A DNA stretch of 64,000 bases from an uncultured virus (IMG/VR IMGVR_UViG_3300042560_002070) (taxonomy: Duplodnaviria > Heunggongvirae > Uroviricota > Caudoviricetes): IMG/VR virus record IMGVR_UViG_3300042560_002070; one strand, 5' to 3'. The notes under the pieces are model-generated. The model did not search any database and was not told the DNA's origin. It saw nothing but the letters and a program-made list of their open reading frames with translations. Below are positions 28,233 to 36,774 of the stretch, in pieces (position 1 is the first letter of the stretch; each line of letters begins with the position of its first letter). A program made the position numbers and the translations under genes.

Positions 28233-28463
28233 TTAGGTTGTGCAGTGACTGCATAGGGTGTGGTTGTTCACTATGGATTTTTCAGATTCTTCTGATGTCA
28301 GTCGCATTTCGATAACCTCCATTTCTCTTGAAGTAATTTCCTCAGGCGATGGCATGCTTTCGCCGGTGTACCATGAATAAAAATCGTCATCGTCCTCGTA
28401 GGATAGAAACGATGGCCAAGGCAGAAACTTCCTAGTGACTGCAACAGCCCTTTTGTCACTCAC
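28233..28463 (-). CDS. Hypothetical acidic protein
   Basis: GTGA overlap with the clamp gene stop. Confidence 0.55.
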   Translation of the reverse strand: MSDKRAVAVTRKFLPWPSFLSYEDDDDFYSWYTGESMPSPEEITSREMEVIEMRLTSEESEKSIVNNHTLCSHCTT

Positions 28464-29536
28464 GATGCAAACCCCTGTATGATCTCGAAGCAGTTGCCGT
28501 CTCGCATGATGCTGAGTGCAGCGCCATCACTGGCTACCGCAACCGACTTGCACCTTGACAGAGCCTGCTGAAGATAGATTGAGTTGATCGTTACCTTGGC
28601 CTGTGCATGATTGCATGGTGTCGTTGCCCTATACTTGGCCTTGGGTGACTGATGTGTTGCTATGATCTCAGTGGAAGTAAACTGAAGTGTCACGCCCATC
28701 TGATCCTCCATAGACACAACCGCTGCTTGATTTGCAATCGTCTTTAGTTCGGCTAGGCTGGCCTCGCTGTAACGAAAGGTTGTTTTGGTCATTTCGCGAA
28801 AAGTCTTCGTCGAAGGAAAGCGACCTTCCGCTCGTCGGCATAGGAAGCTCATGTTATCCGCTTCAATGCCTACCCAACTTTCACCTATGCAGAGCCGACA
28901 GCTTATCTGCTCATCGACAATCTCTATAATAGCCTTGGCTGATTGAGCAGGCAGTAGTGCAGTGAAGGTTTCGCATTCCGATGGCACCTCGATCCAGGTT
29001 ATCCTACGACCGTCTGTTGCCGTGAATCGCAAGACACCCTCTTCCTTCGAGCCTTCGATGTATACGGCGTTAAGCGCGAACCTCGTAGACTCTTTGTCGA
29101 TACAATGTATCACCGACTCTAAGCACTGGCATAGCTGCTCAGAGTCGATTTGTGTGGTGTAGACACGGCTCCAGTCGCACGCACCTGGGAACTCATTTAG
29201 ATCGCTATGCACTTGCAGTTCGAAGCTTGCTCGGCTATCGGTGATGCCTACCACTTTGCCGTCTAGCGTTAGCTCTACGTTATCGCCCGTCATGCGAGAG
29301 ACAATATCGCGCAGGTCAGAGTAAGCCAGTAGTGCAATGCCTGGCTCCGTCGTTTCGCAAGGTGCGATCAGCGTTAGATACTGAGCTAGATCTGTACCGT
29401 GTAGGTGAATCTCCGACTCACGAAATACGATCTTGATCTTGGTTAGCACTTCCTTCGGGCTGCTGGTTGGTATGACTTGCGACATACGGCGCAATAACCT
29501 CGATAGCAGTTGCCGTGGTACAGCATTGGTCAGCAT
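28460..29536 (-). CDS. dnaN: DNA polymerase III beta sliding clamp, divergent copy
   Basis: 358 aa; GTDL, STRFALNAV, ATDGRRI, EGRFP, INSIYL motifs. Confidence 0.85.
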   Translation of the reverse strand: MLTNAVPRQLLSRLLRRMSQVIPTSSPKEVLTKIKIVFRESEIHLHGTDLAQYLTLIAPCETTEPGIALLAYSDLRDIVSRMTGDNVELTLDGKVVGITDSRASFELQVHSDLNEFPGACDWSRVYTTQIDSEQLCQCLESVIHCIDKESTRFALNAVYIEGSKEEGVLRFTATDGRRITWIEVPSECETFTALLPAQSAKAIIEIVDEQISCRLCIGESWVGIEADNMSFLCRRAEGRFPSTKTFREMTKTTFRYSEASLAELKTIANQAAVVSMEDQMGVTLQFTSTEIIATHQSPKAKYRATTPCNHAQAKVTINSIYLQQALSRCKSVAVASDGAALSIMRDGNCFEIIQGFAS

Positions 29537-29867
29537 GGTTTAGAGCCCTATTGATGGAGTTTACAAAATCGAGAATGTCATCCAGACGAAATGTCACAAG
29601 CCATGGCTTATGGTTGCGACGATGGAAAACAGCAGGGCATCCTTGCCCCTTACTGTCAAAGACCGCTTGCTCGATCGCTGGGTAGATCGATAAGCGTTCC
29701 TCCCTCTTGCACTCGATATGGATACCTGGGATACCCACAACATCTGAGTCGCCAGCCTTCCCGTTATACTGAGCCGTCCTGCGAGCTGTGATCGGTAGCA
29801 GCCCCATCAGTTCCTTCGACAGCTCCAGCTCCCCACGCTTCCCCTTGTTCTTGCTCTTGCGTCCCAC
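29418..29867 (-). CDS. Holliday junction resolvase (PD-(D/E)XK, Hjc-like)
   Basis: KGKRGELE, SDVVG, HIECKR, PAVFHRRN, PWLV. Confidence 0.8.
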   Translation of the reverse strand: MGRKSKNKGKRGELELSKELMGLLPITARRTAQYNGKAGDSDVVGIPGIHIECKREERLSIYPAIEQAVFDSKGQGCPAVFHRRNHKPWLVTFRLDDILDFVNSINRALNHADQCCTTATAIEVIAPYVASHTNQQPEGSANQDQDRIS

Positions 29868-30090
29868 CGATCTTGACTCCTAGTTTTGTGGTGAGTTCGA
29901 TTCCATCCAGGTTCCCACGTAGGTATTCGTGGACAACCTCCAGCTCGTTTTCCTCAGCTCGCAGTAACGCCGCCACCGTGTAGAAGTAACGATCGATTAT
30001 GGTGATTAAGTTGATCACTAACATCTTGGCTGCTTCGATGGCGATGTACTCGTCGGTGGTGATGTTTCTATTTGACCCTTGCTGTTCCAT
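29764..30090 (-). CDS. Hypothetical protein
   Basis: 108-aa ORF in operon. Confidence 0.55.
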   Translation of the reverse strand: MEQQGSNRNITTDEYIAIEAAKMLVINLITIIDRYFYTVAALLRAEENELEVVHEYLRGNLDGIELTTKLGVKIGGTQEQEQGEAWGAGAVEGTDGAATDHSSQDGSV

Positions 30091-30512
30091 GTGACACCCT
30101 TGAAAAAGTAGTACTCATTTCCCTGGATCGAAGTCGCTCGATATCCCGTAGCCCTTAGGAACAAGTGAGTGGGTAGCATAGACTCATTGACCATGATGCA
30201 GATCCGTCTACGTCGCTCGGGTGTCAGCTTGCGTTCGATCGTTCGCAGCAGTGCTTTACCGACACCTTGCCGTTGATGTCTTAAATCAACAGCCAAGCGT
30301 AGTACCTCGAACCGATCGTCGAGTAGTTCATAAATGATATAGCCAAGGATCTTGCTGTCCTGACTATCGACGGCGACCATGCCGATATTGTTTCGCACCC
30401 TAAGATACTCACGTATCTGGTCGGCGTTCATCGCATCCTCGAAGCATTGGCTTTCTATAGCCACGACCTGCGGTAGATCCGCAACAATCATCCATCTAGT
30501 CATCATGTCCAT
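30018..30512 (-). CDS. rimI: RimI-like GNAT acetyltransferase
   Basis: RWMI, IGMVA, GYIIYEL, LAV, QRQGVG (AcCoA motif), GYRA. Confidence 0.85.
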   Translation of the reverse strand: MDMMTRWMIVADLPQVVAIESQCFEDAMNADQIREYLRVRNNIGMVAVDSQDSKILGYIIYELLDDRFEVLRLAVDLRHQRQGVGKALLRTIERKLTPERRRRICIMVNESMLPTHLFLRATGYRATSIQGNEYYFFKGVTWNSKGQIETSPPTSTSPSKQPRC

Positions 30513-30537
30513 ACAACCACTCCTTTTCCGTCGTGTC

Positions 30538-30567
30538 AGTCTAGCGTAGAGATATCCCTACTGTCAA
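30538..30567 (-). promoter_or_regulatory. Sigma70-like promoter
   Basis: TTGACA-N18-TAGACT upstream of GNAT gene. Confidence 0.55.
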
Positions 30568-30577
30568 GATAAAAAAT

Positions 30578-30646
30578 ACCGCTAGGTGGGAGTCGAACCC
30601 ACGAGTCTAGTCTTGTCGATCTGTCTAAGCCGCCGACTTCTAGCGG
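30578..30646 (-). tRNA. tRNA-like element without a proper anticodon arm
   Basis: CCGCTAG AA GTC GGCGGCTTA GAC ... GTGGG TTCGACT CCCAC CTAGCGG T, followed by a U-run. Confidence 0.6.
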
Positions 30647-30678
30647 TGTGAGTCATGTTAATCTCACTGGCTATTCGC

Positions 30679-30870
30679 TTAATACCCGAGTCTAACTACC
30701 AAACAACCATCATTGAGACTCGACACAGAAACCGTAGTCATAGAAGGAGGAAGGGTAACACGAAGACCAGCACCCCAGCCACCGGCCTCAATTACAATAT
30801 CGCCTAAACGAATCTCAGAAACGCCCTCAACTTCTATCTCCTCCCCATTGAACTTTTTAATAATTAACAT
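30679..30870 (-). CDS. Hypothetical protein
   Basis: 63 aa, RBS-like GAGAG. Confidence 0.5.
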   Translation of the reverse strand: MLIIKKFNGEEIEVEGVSEIRLGDIVIEAGGWGAGLRVTLPPSMTTVSVSSLNDGCLVVRLGY

Positions 30871-30983
30871 GCAGTCTCTCTCAAAATATTGGTATAGTCC
30901 GACTTTAAAATAGACACCTTAGTCTCTGATTGGGGTCTTATCTTTTAGCTTGAGATCGCCCACCATCATCGTACTTAAAAGAA

Positions 30984-31376
30984 TCAGTATTGTTCCTGTC
31001 GATTGTCGAGTGCATCACAAGATCCTGATGATAACAGTTGATGTTTTTTGGCAGTTGTGCATTGAGCTAGATAATTAGCAAGCTTGAATTCTGCCATAGC
31101 CACGCAAGATTTTCTTGTGCGATGGTTTTCACATAACAGTACTTCGCGATCTTCGATGTAGGCTCGCCATCGATTGAAAAGTTCACCGTGTTTCTCGACG
31201 ATTACTGCTGGTGTATCATTGTTGTCCTTGGTATCTATAAGCCAGTAGCTGCATTTCCGTTTTAGTCTCAATAGTTTCATAAGGAAGTTATCGTAGATTA
31301 GTTTTGCTATGCAATCCTGTTCGGTCGTGCTTCCTTTCTCTTCTTCGTGACTTATGAAACCATCAACGTAATTCAT
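30984..31376 (-). CDS. Hypothetical protein
   Basis: 130 aa, RBS AAGGA. Confidence 0.65.
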   Translation of the reverse strand: MNYVDGFISHEEEKGSTTEQDCIAKLIYDNFLMKLLRLKRKCSYWLIDTKDNNDTPAVIVEKHGELFNRWRAYIEDREVLLCENHRTRKSCVAMAEFKLANYLAQCTTAKKHQLLSSGSCDALDNRQEQY

Positions 31377-31418
31377 TCTCGCGTTCCTTTCAGTGTAGAT
31401 AGTTCGATCTCTTCTTTC

Positions 31419-31583
31419 TCACTTTGTCATTTTATCCTGCAAAATTTCAAGCTTGATAATCAGCTTCTCAAGGTCGCCCGCATGTTGTTTATTTTGCGAT
31501 TCTAAATTATTCAGGATTTTTATTAGCTTGTTTTTTGGTTCATTCATGTCGCAGGATAGTTGTCGAAGTTTTTCAGATGTCAT
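31419..31583 (-). CDS. Small hypothetical protein (not in ORF track)
   Basis: MTSEKLRQLSCD...KMTK, 54 aa, RBS AGGAG. Confidence 0.55.
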   Translation of the reverse strand: MTSEKLRQLSCDMNEPKNKLIKILNNLESQNKQHAGDLEKLIIKLEILQDKMTK

Positions 31584-31597
31584 CGTCTATTCTCCTA

Positions 31598-31935
31598 AGT
31601 GAAATTGCCGGAGCCTATCCCGGTGAAAGGCGAAAATAAACTACTCAGGTCGCACAATATCAACAATCCATTGCTTGCCGATGTACCGCACCCAGCCTCG
31701 TGCTTCACAGCCACAATATCCTTCGCCGCTCACGGACACTGTCTCGCAGCTTCTCCGACTCAGGTATTCACACAGCGACGCGAATCCTGTTTCGTTATCC
31801 GGATACTCAGTGACAGTGCGATGTTCTTTCCTCGACAATGCGATCAATTGCTTTGCTGTCCATGTGCCACTTTTGTTGCTCATTGTCTCTACTCCAAGTG
31901 AAAAAGCCGGAGCCTATCCCGGCGGTGAAGGCAAG
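31598..31935 (-). repeat. Two copies of a leader hairpin CCGGGATAGGCTCCGGC (about 31607-31623 and 31906-31922)
   Basis: Identical 17-mer followed by TTCACTT.GGAG and a start codon. Confidence 0.75.
31641..31883 (-). CDS. Hypothetical protein
   Basis: 80 aa between the two leader repeats, RBS GGAG. Confidence 0.65.
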   Translation of the reverse strand: MSNKSGTWTAKQLIALSRKEHRTVTEYPDNETGFASLCEYLSRRSCETVSVSGEGYCGCEARGWVRYIGKQWIVDIVRPE

Positions 31936-31949
31936 TAAGAATCTGGTTA

Positions 31950-32171
31950 TCATTTATAATCTTGACTCATGCGACACTGTTCACAGCAGACCGTCGCCTC
32001 ATCTGTATCCGCGCCACAGGTTTCGCAACAAAACACATTTCCCTCAGCGATGTTGATCGAATCTGATATATCTCTAACCATATCCCTAGCTAATCGATCG
32101 TCATACTTGTAGTTGTAAGCAAAAAACCAATCGCGAATTCTTTTCAGAAGATCAACAGTCGCTTTGTCCAT
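31950..32171 (-). CDS. Hypothetical protein with C-terminal Cys cluster
   Basis: Start MDKATVD after AAGGA; CCETC and CCEQC. Confidence 0.55.
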   Translation of the reverse strand: MDKATVDLLKRIRDWFFAYNYKYDDRLARDMVRDISDSINIAEGNVFCCETCGADTDEATVCCEQCRMSQDYK

Positions 32172-32184
32172 GTTGCTTATGTCC

Positions 32185-32466
32185 TTAAATTTCTTCAATA
32201 ACAACTGATTGCCAGTCGTCATGGTTAGGCAACACGCAGTTCCACGGTTCGAAAACCATGTCTTGCTCTGTCGCATCGTCTGGATACTTGGCGAAATAAT
32301 ACGTCGATGTTCGGTCGCTTTGATCGTATCGACGACACCAGAGACCGTCCTCATCCACGGCGTGATACTCCAATACAATCTGGCCTCCGCTTTCTGGAGA
32401 CGAATGAAACTTCAAACTGGAAACGTAGTCTTGCGTAATTCTTTTGACACTACTCATCGTGATCAC
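32185..32466 (-). CDS. Hypothetical protein
   Basis: 93-aa ORF in operon. Confidence 0.55.
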   Translation of the reverse strand: MITMSSVKRITQDYVSSLKFHSSPESGGQIVLEYHAVDEDGLWCRRYDQSDRTSTYYFAKYPDDATEQDMVFEPWNCVLPNHDDWQSVVIEEI

Positions 32467-32484
32467 CTGAGGTACTTGTAGATA

Positions 32485-32826
32485 TTAGATTTCCTTACCA
32501 GCAAAGATTTCATTTACCTGTTCTCGAATTGCGGCTGGCAATTCATTGAGTCGATCATGCTCCATGTACTCATTAATGACAAGCCACGCTACTGCGTCCT
32601 CTGTTGATAACTGCTCGTAGGTATCTTGGTTGCCTGCCCACTGACTTGTCCAATGCTTGACCCAATTGCCGGACTTAGTGTAGTACAGTGTTTCATGCTC
32701 CCACTCGCTTCCTGTCGACAAGCTGATGTAGTTTCTGCCGTCGTGTGTTACTTCTTCACCGAATTCAATTGCCTTGTCATCATCGAACCAAGATCCTGAA
32801 CCGTCTGTTAGTGCAATTTTTCCCAT
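32485..32826 (-). CDS. Hypothetical phage protein
   Basis: HETLYYTKSGNW, EDAVAWL; RBS GAGGA. Confidence 0.75.
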   Translation of the reverse strand: MGKIALTDGSGSWFDDDKAIEFGEEVTHDGRNYISLSTGSEWEHETLYYTKSGNWVKHWTSQWAGNQDTYEQLSTEDAVAWLVINEYMEHDRLNELPAAIREQVNEIFAGKEI

Positions 32827-32853
32827 GTTTTTGTCCTCGTAAAAAAGTTGTTG

Positions 32854-33111
32854 TCACAGTTGCCAAGGAAGGCATCTATTGAGAGCAGCAGTATGCCAGT
32901 CGTAACCACTACTACCGCCTCTGATTTCCCAGGTTCGATCTTCTAGTTGTTGCCAAGTTCTCGCTGTCATTACAGAGCCTCGGCTCGAACAAAATGGATT
33001 AGAATCGTGATTCATGTATGCTCTGGCTCTATCTCTAGCGTGAGCCTCGTACCATGCTTCTTTAAATTTCTCAATGGTGCATCTTGACATCTGCCATGCC
33101 TCCCTCGTCAC
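32854..33111 (-). CDS. Hypothetical protein
   Basis: 85-aa ORF in operon. Confidence 0.45.
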   Translation of the reverse strand: MTREAWQMSRCTIEKFKEAWYEAHARDRARAYMNHDSNPFCSSRGSVMTARTWQQLEDRTWEIRGGSSGYDWHTAALNRCLPWQL

Positions 33112-33127
33112 CGAATTAATTGATGCT

Positions 33128-33433
33128 TTATGGTTTCTTTGGCGATGAATCAGGATTTGTACGGTCAGGTGAATCTGTATTAACGATGTGCTGGATTAGA
33201 TTGGGGTAAAGGTTTCGGCCCTTGACTCTCTTAAGTGAGCCATCGTCTAGTTGAATCGAGAACGTGTGTTGCCCTTTCTCTGCTCCGTAGGAATGGCGAA
33301 CGACAACACCAGAAAACTCCTTATGTCCAACAACTCTTGGCTTTCCTACTTGGCGACCCCGAAAAAAGGATCCGCCCTGAAAGACTGGAAGTTGGAAGCG
33401 AACGCGATCTCCTGTTCTAATTGCATCTCCCAT
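33128..33433 (-). CDS. Small SH3-like beta-barrel protein
   Basis: GDRVRF, SYGAEKGQHTFSI, KGRNLY. Confidence 0.65.
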   Translation of the reverse strand: MGDAIRTGDRVRFQLPVFQGGSFFRGRQVGKPRVVGHKEFSGVVVRHSYGAEKGQHTFSIQLDDGSLKRVKGRNLYPNLIQHIVNTDSPDRTNPDSSPKKP

Positions 33434-33547
33434 GTAACGTCTGCCTATGAATAGAAATAATGTACGTACAATAATGCTCCCGAATATCGCATCGGGAGCC
33501 ACCGCGCTTTATCGGTTAACTAGCGAATCACACTTGGTACTGTTGTT

Positions 33548-33820
33548 TTAATAATCTAAATTCTCAAATTCATACACGACTGATTTAATGTCTGACTGTT
33601 TGTATCCAAATCGCGTCATCGCGGACTCTATAGTATGCGTTGTCCATCCCAGATCCTTGGCTTCCATTGCACACTCTCTTGCAGTGCCGTTCCAATTCCA
33701 AGATGAACATACCTCATCTTCTTTTTGTCGATCCTCAGTTTCTTGACAAATCACACACTTACCGATAGCCGAATCATGGCAGTAACATTTGTCTGATTTA
33801 ATTGTCTTTGCTTTGCTCAT
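33548..33820 (-). CDS. Hypothetical protein
   Basis: 90 aa, CYC and CVIC. Confidence 0.6.
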   Translation of the reverse strand: MSKAKTIKSDKCYCHDSAIGKCVICQETEDRQKEDEVCSSWNWNGTARECAMEAKDLGWTTHTIESAMTRFGYKQSDIKSVVYEFENLDY

Positions 33821-33855
33821 AGTGTTGACCTTTTATTTGTATTTGTCATTCGATG

Positions 33856-35346
33856 CTATTCGTACTGCTCGCCAGTCGAAGCACACAAGAAGCGACCACG
33901 CGCTTGTTCGTTAAGCTTATTCACCTCGTTAGCCATAGATACACCGAGAGGAATGATAGTCGTCGCTGTCTGCTTCAGGCTCCTACGCATGCGATAAGCC
34001 TTCTCTACGCACTGCTTGACGTTGCGAGATACCCAACTGGTATCTTCTGGATTTGTCTCTTCGAAACCATACTTGGCTTTGTGAATATCCCACACTGGAG
34101 ACAACTCTTCGCGAGTCGGTAGTGGAAAGTAAAACGTATCTACAAACCGAGATCGCAAGGCAGCGTCCAGGCCATCGATTGAATTACTGGTCGCAATGAA
34201 TAGTGCGTTGTCGTTGGACAGTGCCGAGATCAAGCGTAACGCCGCACGTAGTCGGGTCTCACTCTCACCGACATACGAACCTTTCATCGCGCCAAGATCC
34301 ATTCGGATGACGAGACGGTTGAACTCAACACCAACTGACTTGGCGATTAAGCTTTTCCCTGTACCTGGCAAACCTGTCAGTGACACGCAGTACGAATTGT
34401 GATCCTCGATGTAAGACAGCAGAGAGCCAAGTGCATCGGCGTTGATGCCGTTGGTATCTCCCGTATGAGCTAGACCACTCTTCTCGATCTCGTCAAGCCA
34501 CACGATGATCTGTGGTGGCTTAGGCCCGTGCATCAATTCGGTGAAGTATCGCTTGATACCATGCAGCCCACCCACCTTGTCGAACCCATCGCCTTGGTAA
34601 TGAACACTAAGTCCTTGAGTTTGATCGACGAGTTGCTTCTTGAGCGACCACAGCTTTGGCATGTTGTATCCATCGGCTTGGATCGCTAACGATAAAGCCT
34701 GCTCCGCTTGGAACAGTGGCAAACCAGCAACTGCGTCGATGACTGGTGTAACATCTTCCGGCAAAGCGATACCGACCGAGCGACATATCTTTGTTACCGA
34801 GTCAAGATAATGCTCACTTGTTGGCAGGTCGTCATCGAGAATAATAACATCGTTGCGTAGGCACTCTGGTATGACGAACTCGTTGTCCAGTAGGATCAAT
34901 GTGCGACCGAGAGCAGCGTAGGCGTTACGCAGATTCATGATCGCTTGCTGAGTTGCATGATTCCTCAATAGATCATTAGCATGTTGTACAATCAGCACCG
35001 TTCCAGTCGGGAACTCCATCGCTAGGTCAAGCATGTTCTGTGTGGCGACCTTGCCGAACTGCTTGATCGTGTTGTTAAGGCTATCCTTCCTGGCTCCATC
35101 TGGTAGGTGCGATACAGCTTCGGTCACAGCTTGCCACCCATTGACGGATATCTCCGATGGTGTATTGGTGTCTCTCGCATGACCGAGATCGAAACCGACT
35201 ACATCATCCCATACAAAAACAGGAAATGAATCTAGTTGTGGTGGGATGTCACGGCGAAGAGTAATAGGATCAGGACTGTTGATTGCCAGCAGTGGAGCAC
35301 TACGGCGCTTATGAAAAAGAATCTTGCTGTAAATGGTCTCAGTCAT
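33856..35346 (-). CDS. Ycf46-like AAA+ ATPase with permuted motif order
   Basis: FDKVGGL, WLDEIEK, GLPGTGKS, GSYVGESE, FIATSN, SRF; degenerate N-terminal AAA-like domain. Confidence 0.85.
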   Translation of the reverse strand: MTETIYSKILFHKRRSAPLLAINSPDPITLRRDIPPQLDSFPVFVWDDVVGFDLGHARDTNTPSEISVNGWQAVTEAVSHLPDGARKDSLNNTIKQFGKVATQNMLDLAMEFPTGTVLIVQHANDLLRNHATQQAIMNLRNAYAALGRTLILLDNEFVIPECLRNDVIILDDDLPTSEHYLDSVTKICRSVGIALPEDVTPVIDAVAGLPLFQAEQALSLAIQADGYNMPKLWSLKKQLVDQTQGLSVHYQGDGFDKVGGLHGIKRYFTELMHGPKPPQIIVWLDEIEKSGLAHTGDTNGINADALGSLLSYIEDHNSYCVSLTGLPGTGKSLIAKSVGVEFNRLVIRMDLGAMKGSYVGESETRLRAALRLISALSNDNALFIATSNSIDGLDAALRSRFVDTFYFPLPTREELSPVWDIHKAKYGFEETNPEDTSWVSRNVKQCVEKAYRMRRSLKQTATTIIPLGVSMANEVNKLNEQARGRFLCASTGEQYE

Positions 35347-35578
35347 TGTCGTTGCCCTCAAGTGTTGCCTTCTGTCCTTCAGCGAAACGCTTCGCCTCAT
35401 CCACGCCTCGTTGTGTCAGTTTGTAAAATCGTTCGCCTACGTTGTTGCCGTAGATTGGTTCGATGAATCCGTGTTCGATTAATGCTCTGGTTGTCTCGCT
35501 CCCAGCCTGTCGGCGGTGAGCAAACTTCCTTTCGGTCAGGATGCTGACTAGCTCCTGCATGGCTTGTGAATCGATCAT
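35339..35578 (-). CDS. Small winged-helix-like protein
   Basis: LIEHGFI and YKLTQRG wHTH wing pattern. Confidence 0.55.
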   Translation of the reverse strand: MIDSQAMQELVSILTERKFAHRRQAGSETTRALIEHGFIEPIYGNNVGERFYKLTQRGVDEAKRFAEGQKATLEGNDND

Positions 35579-35901
35579 TTGATTTTGAATCCTATTCGCT
35601 CGATGCCGATTGGATCGTAAAGTATTGCAGCGACTTCCTGCCTAGTCATGGGCTTTCTCGTCGCCTGCAATTCCTGTTTGACCCAAGAGGGGTTCATGTC
35701 CACTTTCATAAATGGCACATCGTTTTGTTGAAAGTACTCCATGCACATGTCGATAATCTTCCGATACTCTTCGATGGTGGTCTTCCTGGTTACACCATTG
35801 ACGCATTTGGCTGAGATGATTAGATCTCGTTGTTGCTCCCACCACTCCGCTCTAGGTAGCCAGATGATAAGAGCTTGGTTCGCCACAAATTGATCAACCA
35901 T
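35575..35901 (-). CDS. Hypothetical protein
   Basis: 108 aa, ATGA overlap with next gene. Confidence 0.55.
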   Translation of the reverse strand: MVDQFVANQALIIWLPRAEWWEQQRDLIISAKCVNGVTRKTTIEEYRKIIDMCMEYFQQNDVPFMKVDMNPSWVKQELQATRKPMTRQEVAAILYDPIGIERIGFKIK

Positions 35902-36086
35902 TCTCGTTCCCTTTCGAGTGCTTCGTTGCGAGTTTCAAAGGGCCCTAGCACTGGCCCACCTGACGGCCCCATGTCAGCGATCCATGCTGTTCCTTGAGGT
36001 TCTACATGGCTAGCTCGTTTGATATCTGTTGCGCCGAGCTGCTGTAGAAAAATTAGTCTGTCGTCGTAAATTGAATTGATTTGCAT
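35820..36086 (-). CDS. Small RASHVEP-motif protein accompanying Ycf46-like AAA clusters
   Basis: RASHVEP, WIADMGPSGGPVLGPF, REWL; RBS GGAGGAG. Confidence 0.7.
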   Translation of the reverse strand: MQINSIYDDRLIFLQQLGATDIKRASHVEPQGTAWIADMGPSGGPVLGPFETRNEALEREREWLINLWRTKLLSSGYLERSGGSNNEI

Positions 36087-36162
36087 TTCCATCTCCTCCC
36101 GAAACAAAAACAGGCGAGATAGATCCATCTACCCCGCCTGCTCCCAAGTTACTTTTCACTGG

Positions 36163-36708
36163 CTACTCGGTCTCTCGCTCTCGTACCTGCTCCTTCTGGT
36201 AATACTCATCCTTAAGTATTTCACTAGTTGCCATCCCTAGTGCATGGCTGATCGGTGCCGTATGACTCTGGCATGCACTGCCAGCGCACGCCTCCACCTC
36301 GATTAATGCTTCGCCCCCTAACGGGAACGTCGCTTTGATCAAGCTACCGTCTGGATGCCGGAGCCCTACCAGTCGATTCGTTCCACTGGTTGTGTCGAAC
36401 TCCAAACAGTTTCCCTCTCGCATGCCAACGATGCGTACAGCATTAGCTGCATACGCCTGCTGGAATCGCGTGACATCATCCTTCCTGCCCCACCGTCCGT
36501 TGTAGTCGTCGTAGATCGCTCCACGCTCGTTGAATACAACAGGATAAACCCATCCCTGGAAGTGAACGAACATGCCATTATACGTGCCGTCGTACAATCG
36601 GACGCTGCCAACCGAAGAACTGTAGTTCTTAGCGTTCATCTCCTTAGCAGCAGCTTCCAACGCCTCACCGACCTTGACCTCAACCTTGACCGTCTGCGAA
36701 TGGCTCAT
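36163..36708 (-). CDS. DUF1257 (Ycf35)-like plus DUF2997-like fusion
   Basis: MSH, GWVYPVV, YDDYNGRWG, QQAYA; C-terminal GSACQSHT, HALG, EYY. Confidence 0.65.
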   Translation of the reverse strand: MSHSQTVKVEVKVGEALEAAAKEMNAKNYSSSVGSVRLYDGTYNGMFVHFQGWVYPVVFNERGAIYDDYNGRWGRKDDVTRFQQAYAANAVRIVGMREGNCLEFDTTSGTNRLVGLRHPDGSLIKATFPLGGEALIEVEACAGSACQSHTAPISHALGMATSEILKDEYYQKEQVRERETE

Positions 36709-36739
36709 AGCCACCTCCTAAAATGAAAAGACTTTGTGG

Positions 36740-36768
36740 AATTTATAGTCACTACGTAGCGATGTCAA
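36740..36768 (-). promoter_or_regulatory. Sigma70-like promoter
   Basis: TTGACA-N17-TAAATT. Confidence 0.5.
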
Positions 36769-36774
36769 TACTGT

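Noticed and set aside
30018..30646. GNAT toxin with tRNA-like antitoxin
   Set aside because: The GNAT looks RimI-like rather than AtaT/TacT-like and has its own promoter between the two; adjacency alone is weak
30679..30870. Second CsrA-like gene
   Set aside because: Only the MLII...GEEI start resembles CsrA; the GIxAP...R motif is missing
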